Source: an uncultured Campylobacter sp.
GTDB taxonomy: Bacteria > Campylobacterota > Campylobacteria > Campylobacterales > Campylobacteraceae
Length of the DNA: 64,000 bases
Assembly (NCBI GenBank): GCA_963524395.1
Contig: CAURGM010000001.1
Coordinates: 26,013-90,012, forward strand
Direction of reading: 5' to 3'
In this document: piece after piece, positions 1 through 8,294 of the stretch
Layout: each line of letters begins with the position of its first letter
Position numbering within the stretch: position 1 is the first letter of the stretch
Position numbers and translations under genes: made by a program
The notes under the pieces: model-generated
The model's database searches: none
What the model was told of the DNA's origin: nothing
The model's input: only the letters and a program-made list of their open reading frames with translations

Positions 1-2
1 TA

Positions 3-290
3 TTTAAACTAATAGGAAACGGTATAGTATGGCTAATTAGTTGGATAATTGGTTCTATCGTTTTTGTATTAGGTGTAATATTTTACATTATACCTGCAAA
101 AATATTAGATCGTATCTTAGGACGTAAAAAACATTCGAAAAAAGATGCTTCCGATGCAAACGACTATAACTACGACTTCTATCAATTAGATTCCTATACA
201 CAAGATCTAATAAGAAGCGCTAGAAAAAATAATTTTACATCCGTTCATAACGGACAAGATCTGCTTCGAGTAAAAGATTTTTTAGCTTAA
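3..290 (+). CDS. C-terminal fragment of a hypothetical membrane protein (5' end outside window)
   Basis: Open frame from the window edge to TAA at 288-290. Manual translation gives FKLIGNGIVWLISWIIGSIVFVLGVIFYIIPAK..., one hydrophobic helix followed by a charged tail. Confidence 0.35.
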   Translation, partial: FKLIGNGIVWLISWIIGSIVFVLGVIFYIIPAKILDRILGRKKHSKKDASDANDYNYDFYQLDSYTQDLIRSARKNNFTSVHNGQDLLRVKDFLA

Positions 291-322
291 TTAGTCATAG
301 TTGAAATAACGTTCGAATTTAC

Positions 323-457
323 GAAAGCTTATTTACCGTTAGGGGCAGCGCTGCGCTATCGCTTGCGCTGGGGGAAATCACAATATCGGAAAGAAAAGAA
401 TTTAATCGATCTTTCGTTCCCCCCGAGCGGAGCGGAGCGACGCTCGCTCCTACCGGT
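323..457 (+). repeat. Copy 1 of a 135-bp GC-rich structured direct repeat
   Basis: Near-identical to 4336-4472, differing by about four single-base indels or substitutions. Contains nested complementary arms: ACCGTTAGGGG/CTCCTACCGGT, CAGCGC/GCGCTG, GGGGGAA/TTCCCCC and GGAAAGA/TCTTTC. Confidence 0.85.
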
Positions 458-503
458 ATGATCAGTTACACCGATAGATAATCGAGCGTATTCTGTCGGA
501 GAG

Positions 504-2366
504 CTATATACCGCGATCTCTCATATCTTGAGAGCCTAAATTTTTCGATTTGTTTTGAGAAGGTAGATTTTTCTGTAGCGATGGAGATATTTCTGCGATC
601 TTCTTTTGAACTCTTTCATATGCCTTATCTATCATTTTTTGCTTATCCATTTCAAAATTTTCGCCTTTCTTTTGCTTCATCGCCGATCTCGTTTTAATGT
701 ATTCCTCTTTATTGAAAAGCCTAGCCGAAAATTCTAACATACCACCTGTATTGGGAAGCTCTTGTATATACGTGTCAAATTCATCGCTATAATCTTTATC
801 TAATAACTTATTGAGCGATCTCTTACATTTCATAAGAAGCCACTTACGAGCTTCTTCGTATGTTTCGAATTCGAGCTTTTCGTTAGTTCTATTTAATTTC
901 TCACTATATTTTACAAAGATCACATAAGGTTTTTTGAAATTGCGATTCCACCATTCTTCGCGCTCTTTCTCTTTACGTTCTTTGTTTTCCTTCTCTATAC
1001 GAGATTGCTGCGATGTAGATTTCTTCGGTGTAGCTGGTTTAGGCGCAATAGGCTGTGGTGTAGGTTTTTGCGTCGATTGCGATGCTTCTTGCTCGGCTTT
1101 TGTTTGAATAGGTTGCTTTTGAGAGAATAGCGATCGGAATTTATTTTTAACACTTTCCAATACGCGGACGTATCCTTCTCTACCGCTTGGTTTTTCAGGC
1201 TTTTTCTTTTTGATAACGACCTTTTCTTTATCTACTTTTTCTTCCGCAGCTTCTTCTACGACTTTTAATTCTTCAACCTTTTCCTCTACAATCTTTTTAG
1301 CACGTTCAAGTTGAGACAGCGAGAAATGGTTTTTATGTTTTCCATTGGGTAGGTTTTCCTTCTCGGTTTTCAGCAAAATTTTATCGCCTATACAGAGATT
1401 ATTATCATTACATATACGATCGAGATCAATACCCCTTACTCTGCTTGGTTTACCATTTGACGAGCGTAGTTTGATTTGATCCACTTTGCCATCGCTTTCG
1501 CGTCTAATGATCTCTTCGATCGTCATAAGGCGGTCAGGCTTTTCGTGCTCCGGATATAAAGTTTTATCAAAGCGCTTCGGATCATCTAGCTCATAACCGC
1601 GCATTCTCATTAATAGCGTCATCTCTTCACGCAATTCATACATTTTAGTGCGGTTAAGATCTTGATAACGACAAAGCACGTGTATATGTGGGAAGTTGCG
1701 TTCGCCATTTGGTCCTTTTCTTTGTTCGGGGTGTTGAGCGATTAGGCATTCATCATCGATCATCCATGAATGCCTACACTTCTCTACCGTTTGCTTCCAT
1801 GATTCTACAAGCGCTTCGGTGGCTTTACGCGGATCTTTGCATTCAGCTTTAACATGAAAAATCAGATGCATAGTTTGAGCGCGCTTTGAGTTTTTTTCAA
1901 AACCCGATATGAAATCATTAATCATAACGCGCTTTCCATCGGGATCTGAATGTTCAATATCAGAAAAGCCCGGAGCATAATGCGTTAATATAACATCGTC
2001 ATTTTTATCGTTCGATAGCCCTGCGATGTATTGTGCGGATCTAATGATTTGAGCTTGCGAATGATGTATGCTGCACTTTTTCATTATTAACTGATTTGAC
2101 GGTTTAGATCCACCGCTGCCATAATGCCCCTTTTTCTTATCGTCATAAAGCTTAGATGCTTTGGAGGGTTTCGGCGCTTTGGTAGATTTTGGCACTGGAG
2201 CTAATTTAAATTTGCGCTTTGGCTGATATTTCGCTTCGTTAGGCATAGCTGGTTTTGAATGATGCTTTATCCCGGTTGGAATATTGATTAAAGGCGCAAA
2301 TGGATCTTCGGCATCTACATACGATCGTGATTTATTATCCCAAACTTTTTTTGGCTGCAGTTTCAT
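504..2366 (-). CDS. MobA/VirD2-family relaxase (mobilization protein) with a long Lys/Glu-rich C-terminal region
   Basis: HLIFHVKAE and ERNFPHIHVLCRY resemble relaxase motifs I-III (histidine triad HxH). ATGA start/stop overlap with the upstream 199-aa gene. Confidence 0.65.
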   Translation of the reverse strand: MKLQPKKVWDNKSRSYVDAEDPFAPLINIPTGIKHHSKPAMPNEAKYQPKRKFKLAPVPKSTKAPKPSKASKLYDDKKKGHYGSGGSKPSNQLIMKKCSIHHSQAQIIRSAQYIAGLSNDKNDDVILTHYAPGFSDIEHSDPDGKRVMINDFISGFEKNSKRAQTMHLIFHVKAECKDPRKATEALVESWKQTVEKCRHSWMIDDECLIAQHPEQRKGPNGERNFPHIHVLCRYQDLNRTKMYELREEMTLLMRMRGYELDDPKRFDKTLYPEHEKPDRLMTIEEIIRRESDGKVDQIKLRSSNGKPSRVRGIDLDRICNDNNLCIGDKILLKTEKENLPNGKHKNHFSLSQLERAKKIVEEKVEELKVVEEAAEEKVDKEKVVIKKKKPEKPSGREGYVRVLESVKNKFRSLFSQKQPIQTKAEQEASQSTQKPTPQPIAPKPATPKKSTSQQSRIEKENKERKEKEREEWWNRNFKKPYVIFVKYSEKLNRTNEKLEFETYEEARKWLLMKCKRSLNKLLDKDYSDEFDTYIQELPNTGGMLEFSARLFNKEEYIKTRSAMKQKKGENFEMDKQKMIDKAYERVQKKIAEISPSLQKNLPSQNKSKNLGSQDMRDRGI

Positions 2367-2962
2367 TTTTTATTCTTTGGTTTGCGCTTTGAATGATCTT
2401 GACTTGTAAATTTCCTAGTTACGTGTAAGGGCTCAAAAAAATCTTTTAGTTTTGGACTATTGACATAACTAAGAATTTGCTCTTCTACTTTGTATGTATA
2501 TTCGATCAGATTTTCCTTTTCGGCTTGATTTAAATCGCTAGAAGTTAAAAAGAGCTGTATTAAATCTCGTAGCTGCGCATAAAGTTTTTTAAATTTTTGA
2601 GAGATTTTAGCTATGTCGATATAATACTTTGACGTTACATAATTACTGCCATAAAGCACACTGCGAAATGCGTTCGAGATGAATTCTCTAGGTATAAAAC
2701 CTCTATCAATAATCGCTTTAAGCTCACAATCGTAGAGTAAAATCATTATACCGTGTCGTTTATTTTCGGCAAAATTCATCGGCGGAAATTCTTCGGGCGA
2801 TCTATTCATTAGAGCATTTTGGAACAGACGAAGCATAAAATCTTTGTTACTTAATTTCTCATTCGGGTATAGTTCGTTTTTGAAAGCATTCATTTTGTCT
2901 TTGGGTATTTCAACATACGAAATATCACGAATTCGTTTTGGTTTTTGAATTGGATCTTGCAT
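2363..2962 (-). CDS. Hypothetical protein, possible relaxosome accessory protein
   Basis: 199-aa ORF translationally coupled (ATGA) to the relaxase and lying immediately downstream of the oriT-like region. No recognisable motif. Confidence 0.45.
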   Translation of the reverse strand: MQDPIQKPKRIRDISYVEIPKDKMNAFKNELYPNEKLSNKDFMLRLFQNALMNRSPEEFPPMNFAENKRHGIMILLYDCELKAIIDRGFIPREFISNAFRSVLYGSNYVTSKYYIDIAKISQKFKKLYAQLRDLIQLFLTSSDLNQAEKENLIEYTYKVEEQILSYVNSPKLKDFFEPLHVTRKFTSQDHSKRKPKNKK

Positions 2963-2992
2963 CTTTTATTCCTTTCTTTATAAATTTTATCG

Positions 2993-3090
2993 TGCGATAG
3001 CACTTGATTTTATACCTGCGATAGCACCACAAGCCGTCGGCAGGACCTAGGTGAAAGATAGCGTTGGTCTGACCAATGCTATCTTTCACC
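2993..3090. promoter_or_regulatory. Candidate oriT/operator: two 11-bp direct repeats plus a 41-bp near-perfect palindrome
   Basis: TGCGATAGCAC occurs at 2993-3003 and 3017-3027. GGTGAAAGATAGCGTTGGTC (3050-3069), T, then GACCAATGCTATCTTTCACC (3071-3090), with 1 mismatch. Located in the gap between the primase and the mob genes. Confidence 0.4.
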
Positions 3091-3115
3091 GTTCTGTGCA
3101 CTATATAAATTTCTT

Positions 3116-4297
3116 TCATTCTAATCCCTCTATATTATCGTCATATTCTCCACCGATCCATTTTCGTTTCCAAAAATAATCACAGATTTCTTTAGCAGCT
3201 TGGGATAAACTTAATCCTTTATGCGCGCTATAAAATTCTAAAAGGTCATTGCCGTTTTGAGTTTCGCCGAAGTCTGTAAAAATAAAATGGTCGTTCACTT
3301 TTTTAAAATGTCCGCTTGGATTTTTATCGTTAGCCCTGATACTAAAAGCATGAGACTCTGAAAAAATTGCATCCATCTTTTCGATCAAAAATTTTTTGAT
3401 GTTGTTTTCGTCGCCCAGAGCTTTTGATTTTTTAAGAGCTGAAAAATCTACCCAATCATTTTTTCTTATCACCTCCGGCTCACGATAAATTTTAATATCG
3501 TCTGGAGATGAAAAATCTTTTGCGACTGAATTTTTTCTAGGCTTATCGTCTTGAGTGGATAAAATTTTAACAGGCAAAGTTTTAAGCTCGCTTTGCTTTT
3601 TTAAAATTTCATCGCTTGTAATTTCGAAAGCCTTTCCATGATAAAAAGATTTTAAAGAAGGTCGAGAGCTTGCATAGCAGAAAAACATTCTTGCCTTATC
3701 GGTTACGGCTAAGTCGGAGTTTATTCCCAACTTTTCATTAGCTACTGCGTAAATCGCTTTTAAATTTTCGGGAGTTTGTTCTATCGGCAGAGTTTCGATA
3801 AAGATACGATAAGCATATTGGTTATTTGGATCAGACGTGCGACAGATGATGTGATCTATATTCATAGCCTTTAGCTTGTCGTGCATTTGCTGATCGCTAA
3901 GGGGTTTTGTATCGCCTTCGTGATAATCTACGTCCAAAACTAAAACTACGATCGGGAACAACTCGGTAGTATCATTACTGCGATAAGCTCTATCCTTAGG
4001 CTCTTGGCTACGAGCGCGTTCTTTGCTCTTTTCGCCGTAGAAGTATATGACTCCGTTCTTGCCGTGACGGATAAAAAGATGTTTATTCTTCTCCGTTCGA
4101 TAGCACTTATTCATAGCAAAGGCAGCAGAGCTACTAAGTAAACTTTCTAGATCACTAAAAGACGGGATATTTAAGCGATAGTTCGTAAAATACGTTGCCC
4201 TGCTTTTCATCTCTTCTTTCGTGATATTCGGATTATTCTTATTGCTTACGGACTCTTCCGGATCGTAAAACATTTTTATAGCAATGTATAATTCCAT
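3116..4297 (-). CDS. Primase-like replication protein: prim-pol-like N-terminal part and a degenerate DnaG-type zinc-binding-like C-terminal segment
   Basis: VVLVLDVDYHE (DxD) and IDHIICRTS resemble prim-pol catalytic motifs. C-terminal NDKNPSGHFKKV...FTDFGETQNGNDLLEFY resembles the CHC2 primase finger but lacks the Cys ligands. Confidence 0.5.
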   Translation of the reverse strand: MELYIAIKMFYDPEESVSNKNNPNITKEEMKSRATYFTNYRLNIPSFSDLESLLSSSAAFAMNKCYRTEKNKHLFIRHGKNGVIYFYGEKSKERARSQEPKDRAYRSNDTTELFPIVVLVLDVDYHEGDTKPLSDQQMHDKLKAMNIDHIICRTSDPNNQYAYRIFIETLPIEQTPENLKAIYAVANEKLGINSDLAVTDKARMFFCYASSRPSLKSFYHGKAFEITSDEILKKQSELKTLPVKILSTQDDKPRKNSVAKDFSSPDDIKIYREPEVIRKNDWVDFSALKKSKALGDENNIKKFLIEKMDAIFSESHAFSIRANDKNPSGHFKKVNDHFIFTDFGETQNGNDLLEFYSAHKGLSLSQAAKEICDYFWKRKWIGGEYDDNIEGLE

Positions 4298-4335
4298 ATA
4301 AAAAATCCTTTCTCCGATTCAATCGGTTATGATGA

Positions 4336-4472
4336 GAAAGCTTATTTACCGTTAGGGGGCAGCGCTGCGCTATCGCTTGCGCTGGGGGAATATCACAATA
4401 TCGGAAAGAAAAGAATTTAATCGATCTTTCGTTCCCCCGAGCGGAGCGGAGCGACGCTCGGCTCCTACCGGT
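4336..4472 (+). repeat. Copy 2 of the 135-bp GC-rich structured direct repeat
   Basis: Aligns base for base with 323-457. Lies 39 bp upstream (minus-strand sense) of the primase start codon. Confidence 0.85.
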
Positions 4473-4705
4473 CAAAGCTTTTTCATAATTAAATCAAGAC
4501 TATTTTCTTGAGAAATCTCGCTTTTCTCGAAATCAGCCAAAACGCCATAAACGGCTTTGCGATAATCTTTGCATATTTTTAAACGCCCTATATCGGTTGC
4601 CGCACACATACAACGCTTGTTCTTTTCATCATAATTCAAGCAACCCAAATAAAACTTCGAGCCGCCACTCTCGCATGGAGCACTAAAATTAAGATTATTT
4701 AACAT
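4472..4705 (-). CDS. Small cysteine-rich hypothetical protein (77 aa)
   Basis: ORF with 5 Cys (CESGG, GC, CMC, ICKD). Sits between the iterons and the structured repeat. No family recognised. Confidence 0.4.
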   Translation of the reverse strand: MLNNLNFSAPCESGGSKFYLGCLNYDEKNKRCMCAATDIGRLKICKDYRKAVYGVLADFEKSEISQENSLDLIMKKL

Positions 4706-4833
4706 CTTTAATCCTTTGATGAATTAAATTGTTTGGCTCTGCCAAGATAAATTTGAGTTTTCCGTGGGGGTATCACTCAAAAATACCTTCAAAGCACCTA
4801 TTTTAGGGCATTTCATATTTTTCATATGCTCTA

Positions 4834-4922
4834 AAAAACTGTAAAAACACCCCAAAAACTGTAAAAAACAGTTAAAAACTGTCAGAAAGGGGCAAAAAAT
4901 GTAAAAAAAGGGCAAAAACTGT
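4834..4922 (+). repeat. Five iteron-like direct repeats AAAAA(C/A)TGT at an exact 20-bp period (candidate oriV or operator array)
   Basis: Motif starts at 4834, 4854, 4874, 4894 and 4914. Intergenic, just downstream of the RepA-like helicase gene. Confidence 0.6.
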
Positions 4923-4976
4923 CAGGAGACCCTATTTTCAGTCAGCCTTAAGGTTTCTATTAAGCTAATATTAAGC

Positions 4977-5912
4977 CTACGAGGTATTTTGAGCCGGGTT
5001 CTCTTCCTTCCTTTCTAGCCCGTCCGATAAAACAGAAACCGCGAATCCGCCCTTTTCATCTATTTTTATACTCAAGTTTAGTTCATTTCCACCGGTGCGA
5101 GCTTTTTCTGTGGTAAATTTATAAACTATGTCATGTCGCTCTGTTATGTCGGATATACGTTCTACAAAGTAAGCCGTATCGATGGAGTTTTTAAAGCTTG
5201 CTGCCCCGCTATAGGTAGATGTTCCTTTTGGCATATGATTTAGAAAGATTATGCAACAGCCAAATTTATTACGCAAATTCTTTAAAACTTGCATAACGGC
5301 TTTTATATAAGTGTCGTCGGTCATATCTTTTTCAAGAATATCGCGAATGCTATCTATAACGATAACAGAATTTTTAAAGTAGGTTTTATTTTTTTTCGAA
5401 AAATCAAAACGCTTTAAAAATTCCAATAGCTTTTGAATAGGAAAATTTTGGTTCTTGTCTTGTCCAAAGCAGATATATTTAAAAGCAGGCTTTCTCGATA
5501 TAAGTCGATCCAAGCGCCTATCGCTTAAAGTAATCATGCCGTTATCGCAATCAAAATATATGACATGCTTAACCCCCGTTTTGGCTTTATTATCTAGCAT
5601 CCACCAACAAAGATAGGTAGTAGAAAGTGTTTTGCCAGTTCCTGCTTCTGCAAAAAGCATAACGTTGGTGTCAAAAGCTATAGCGCCCGGGATAATCCAA
5701 CGCACTTTTGTATTGCGTATCTCTTGGGGGGTTACCGCCATAGCATTTATACCTTCTATAGTAGGGCTAAATTGCTTGTTCTTTTTTGTAGTAATAGCAA
5801 GCTCAGCGCCGTTTAAAGACTTTTTCGATATAATAGAATTTTTATTTTCTTTAAGAAGCTCTTTATCTCTTTTAGAACCTTGAGATAAAGAGCCTTCTAT
5901 TTTCTCATTCAT
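4977..5912 (-). CDS. RecA-fold ATPase, RepA/AAA_25-type replicative helicase-like protein
   Basis: Walker A FAEAGTGKTLST and Walker B VIVIDSIRD. The 311-aa size and the context with a primase resemble plasmid RepA helicases. Confidence 0.6.
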   Translation of the reverse strand: MNEKIEGSLSQGSKRDKELLKENKNSIISKKSLNGAELAITTKKNKQFSPTIEGINAMAVTPQEIRNTKVRWIIPGAIAFDTNVMLFAEAGTGKTLSTTYLCWWMLDNKAKTGVKHVIYFDCDNGMITLSDRRLDRLISRKPAFKYICFGQDKNQNFPIQKLLEFLKRFDFSKKNKTYFKNSVIVIDSIRDILEKDMTDDTYIKAVMQVLKNLRNKFGCCIIFLNHMPKGTSTYSGAASFKNSIDTAYFVERISDITERHDIVYKFTTEKARTGGNELNLSIKIDEKGGFAVSVLSDGLERKEENPAQNTS

Positions 5913-6141
5913 CGCATATCGCCCCTTTTCTTTGAGACAATAGCCATTTTTCTATATCTGCTTTTAGATACAAAATATGTTTACCTATCTTCACAAACGG
6001 AATGGGATATTTTGTAGCACCATCTTTATAGTTACGCCTCATTCTAAGCTTTGCTTGTTGGGTCCTAGAAATACCGTATTGGTTTTGAAGCTGTTCGGGC
6101 GTTAGCCAACTTTCATTTTTGATGTCGTTACATACTTTCAT
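5905..6141 (-). CDS. AlpA/excisionase-family HTH DNA-binding protein
   Basis: 78 aa. WLTPEQLQNQYGISRTQQAKLR...IPFVKIGKHILYLKADIEKWL matches the HTH_17/AlpA pattern. Divergent from the repressor gene and overlaps the helicase start by 8 nt. Confidence 0.6.
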   Translation of the reverse strand: MKVCNDIKNESWLTPEQLQNQYGISRTQQAKLRMRRNYKDGATKYPIPFVKIGKHILYLKADIEKWLLSQRKGAICDE

Positions 6142-6298
6142 GACATTTTCCTTTCAAATATATCATAGCTTATTTAAGTAAATTATACTCCTAATACCTT
6201 AAATTTCAATTAAATAGATTATGATATAAATATTATTCAATTAGTAAGCTAGTTTGGCGTTTTAAATTTCTATAAATTCCAAATCTTAAGCTAAAATT

Positions 6299-6306
6299 TG
6301 TATAAT
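6299..6306 (+). promoter_or_regulatory. Extended -10 element (TGTATAAT) for the repressor gene
   Basis: TGnTATAAT-like sequence about 34 bp upstream of ATG 6340. AAGGA RBS at 6331-6335. Confidence 0.35.
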
Positions 6307-6339
6307 TTAATTTCCTCAATATATAGTTTTCAAGGAATC

Positions 6340-7035
6340 GGAATGAAAACAAATGGCGAAAAGCTAAGAAATCTTAGGACGGCTTATGGATTATCACAGG
6401 AGCAATTCGGAAACGCATTGTCGATTACTAAGAGTAGTATAAATGCTTATGAACATGATCGGAACCCGATAAATTCTAACGTTAAGTATAAAATATTGCA
6501 GGCAACAGGTATCGGTTTTGATTATTTTGATACGGATATGGAGTTGTGGGAAGCTTTTGCAAAGTATGGATTAGACCCTAATCATTTAAAGCTAAAGTCA
6601 TTTACGGAGTGTATAGTTTATGTTTATCCTTCTATAAGCGATTTCGCAGCTAGAGAAAGGGCAATACAAGAAAAAAGAGGCGAAGTAGATTTTTTAGAAT
6701 TTATTACAAATTATAAAAATTCTAAATATTGTCTAGTAAAAGTAAGGAACGGTGAGGGTGGCTTTATAGCACAAGAAGGAGATATCTTAGTGCTAATCGA
6801 TGATGATGAACCTCTGACAGAAGAATGGATTATAGCTAAATATAGAAATAACACTTTCATTGTTCAATATTTCTTTGTTTCTGATGATGAAATAGAGTTG
6901 AGATCGTCTATGTATAATTTTAAATTTAGTGAAAAGAGATTCAAAGACGAAGTTGAGATTGCGGGCGTGATAAAGTCTAAAATCCCTAACCCTATCAAGA
7001 TCAAAGAAACTATACCGGATTATTTAAAAAATTAG
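6340..7035 (+). CDS. XRE/cI-type HTH repressor with a C-terminal S24-like domain lacking the catalytic Ser
   Basis: MKTNGEKLRNLRTAYGLSQEQFGNALSITKSSINAYEHDRN is a classic HTH_3 motif. Start moved to ATG 6340 because it has an RBS. The C-terminus (GEGGFIAQEGDILVLID...AKY) is LexA/cI-like in layout. Confidence 0.7.
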   Translation, partial: GMKTNGEKLRNLRTAYGLSQEQFGNALSITKSSINAYEHDRNPINSNVKYKILQATGIGFDYFDTDMELWEAFAKYGLDPNHLKLKSFTECIVYVYPSISDFAARERAIQEKRGEVDFLEFITNYKNSKYCLVKVRNGEGGFIAQEGDILVLIDDDEPLTEEWIIAKYRNNTFIVQYFFVSDDEIELRSSMYNFKFSEKRFKDEVEIAGVIKSKIPNPIKIKETIPDYLKN

Positions 7036-7424
7036 TATATTATTCTTAAGCTTAAATTGATAACATATAGCAGAAAATAAGGTTTATAAAAAGTAAATAG
7101 GGGCATAATTAGGGGTCTTTATGCTAGCTTAAATCATCAAATCCCCATTTTACCGAGATTATAAACTTAGAAACGGGTGAGCACACCCCAATTAAGCTAT
7201 CTTTAAGTTCCAATCACTTCTTTTTACTTCTCTTTAATTCCCGTATATAGGTGCTTATCTTATATTTCGATTATTTTTCTCTCCTTTTATTTTTGTTTGT
7301 AGTATAATTACTTCTGAAAAAATAAGGGACTAATTCAAGACTTTTTCATATTAGGGGTTTTGTAAAAAAAGACGATATAGAAAAATGGCAATGGCAATAA
7401 TCTTATACTTAAAAGGAGCGAATT

Positions 7425-7769
7425 ATGTCATTTATAGATGAGGATTACGTAAATATCGTGCCGCAGGATCTGCTAGAGCGCAGTATACGCCTAAGGGAGG
7501 AGTACGGAATTTATGCTATAGCTTGGAGATTTGACGATGTAATGGAGGTACTAAAAATCGCAAGAGATAGAGATATGCTTATCCTAGGAGGAGAAGTATA
7601 TCGCCTAAGCGGCGATGAGCCCATCATCACATACGACGGCTGGAGTACCAACAGGGGAGATGACGATGCATTCGAAGTGGCAATCGAATATATCACTAAG
7701 TATCGCGCTAGAAATGGAGATAATTTTATATATTATCCAGCCATTGGCCCCGGACGGGTGTCCAAATGA
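7425..7769 (+). CDS. Small acidic hypothetical protein (cargo 1, immunity-protein-like)
   Basis: 114-aa ORF with RBS AAAGGAG at 7412-7418. No TM segment or catalytic motif. Confidence 0.5.
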   Translation: MSFIDEDYVNIVPQDLLERSIRLREEYGIYAIAWRFDDVMEVLKIARDRDMLILGGEVYRLSGDEPIITYDGWSTNRGDDDAFEVAIEYITKYRARNGDNFIYYPAIGPGRVSK

Positions 7770-7892
7770 AAATTTTAATTGGATTGCGCAAATAAAATAT
7801 CGACAACCGATTAAATTTTAAAAGGAAAAACAATATGAAATTTAGAATTTTAGAACCGAGGCTTTATGAAAAATATAAGGATATGGTTATAG

Positions 7893-8294
7893 ATGCGTGA
7901 GGACGAAAGGGTAAATACAGCATTGATGGCCAAAATAGATATTTTATTAAATTTAATAAATTTTTCTAAAAATATAAGCGCGATAAAAAGCGACTTGGCA
8001 AAGATAGGTTTTAATAGCGAATCGGAGCTTGTAACAATAACTCAAAATACCATTGCAAACATCTTAAATAGGGTCGTCGATAAAGAAATTTCATATGATC
8101 TCCTTGAGGAGTGGGCAAATTTAATCGAGTGTCGCGAGGATATAGGATATGAGGATGAAATTTTGCAAGAGATCATATTTGAGCTGGCAAACCCTTGCCT
8201 TTATGGGGAGATAGACGAAGAGAAGATTTGTATGATTTTAGATGAAATTAAATACAGGCGGAGCGATTCAAATGATATTAGAGAAAAATATTGA
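7893..8294 (+). CDS. Small highly acidic hypothetical protein (cargo 2)
   Basis: 133-aa ORF, about 25% Asp+Glu and predicted helical (LLEEWANLIECREDIGYEDEILQEIIFELANP). Confidence 0.5.
   Translation: MREDERVNTALMAKIDILLNLINFSKNISAIKSDLAKIGFNSESELVTITQNTIANILNRVVDKEISYDLLEEWANLIECREDIGYEDEILQEIIFELANPCLYGEIDEEKICMILDEIKYRRSDSNDIREKY

Noticed and set aside
323-457. Retron msr/msd or group II intron fragment as the identity of the structured repeat
   Set aside because: There is no reverse transcriptase or maturase ORF anywhere nearby. The terminal-stem similarity to retron a1/a2 repeats alone is insufficient.
2925-3119. 64-aa ORF between the primase and the mob genes
   Set aside because: It spans the 41-bp palindrome and the direct repeats, overlaps both neighbouring genes, and is better interpreted as the oriT/regulatory region.
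4239-4475. 78-aa ORF overlapping the primase start and structured repeat copy 2
   Set aside because: Its Arg/Ser-rich sequence is dictated by the GC-rich repeat. It overlaps the 5' end of the primase gene in another frame and has no RBS.
4724-4915. 63-aa ORF across the iteron array
   Set aside because: The ORF is composed of the 20-bp periodic repeats read on the opposite strand (F/L/C-rich). A non-coding origin or operator is the simpler explanation.
7835-7900. 21-codon ORF MKFRILEPRLYEKYKDMVIDA upstream of cargo gene 2
   Set aside because: It is too short to support on its own. It is mentioned only as a possible frameshift remnant in the cargo finding.
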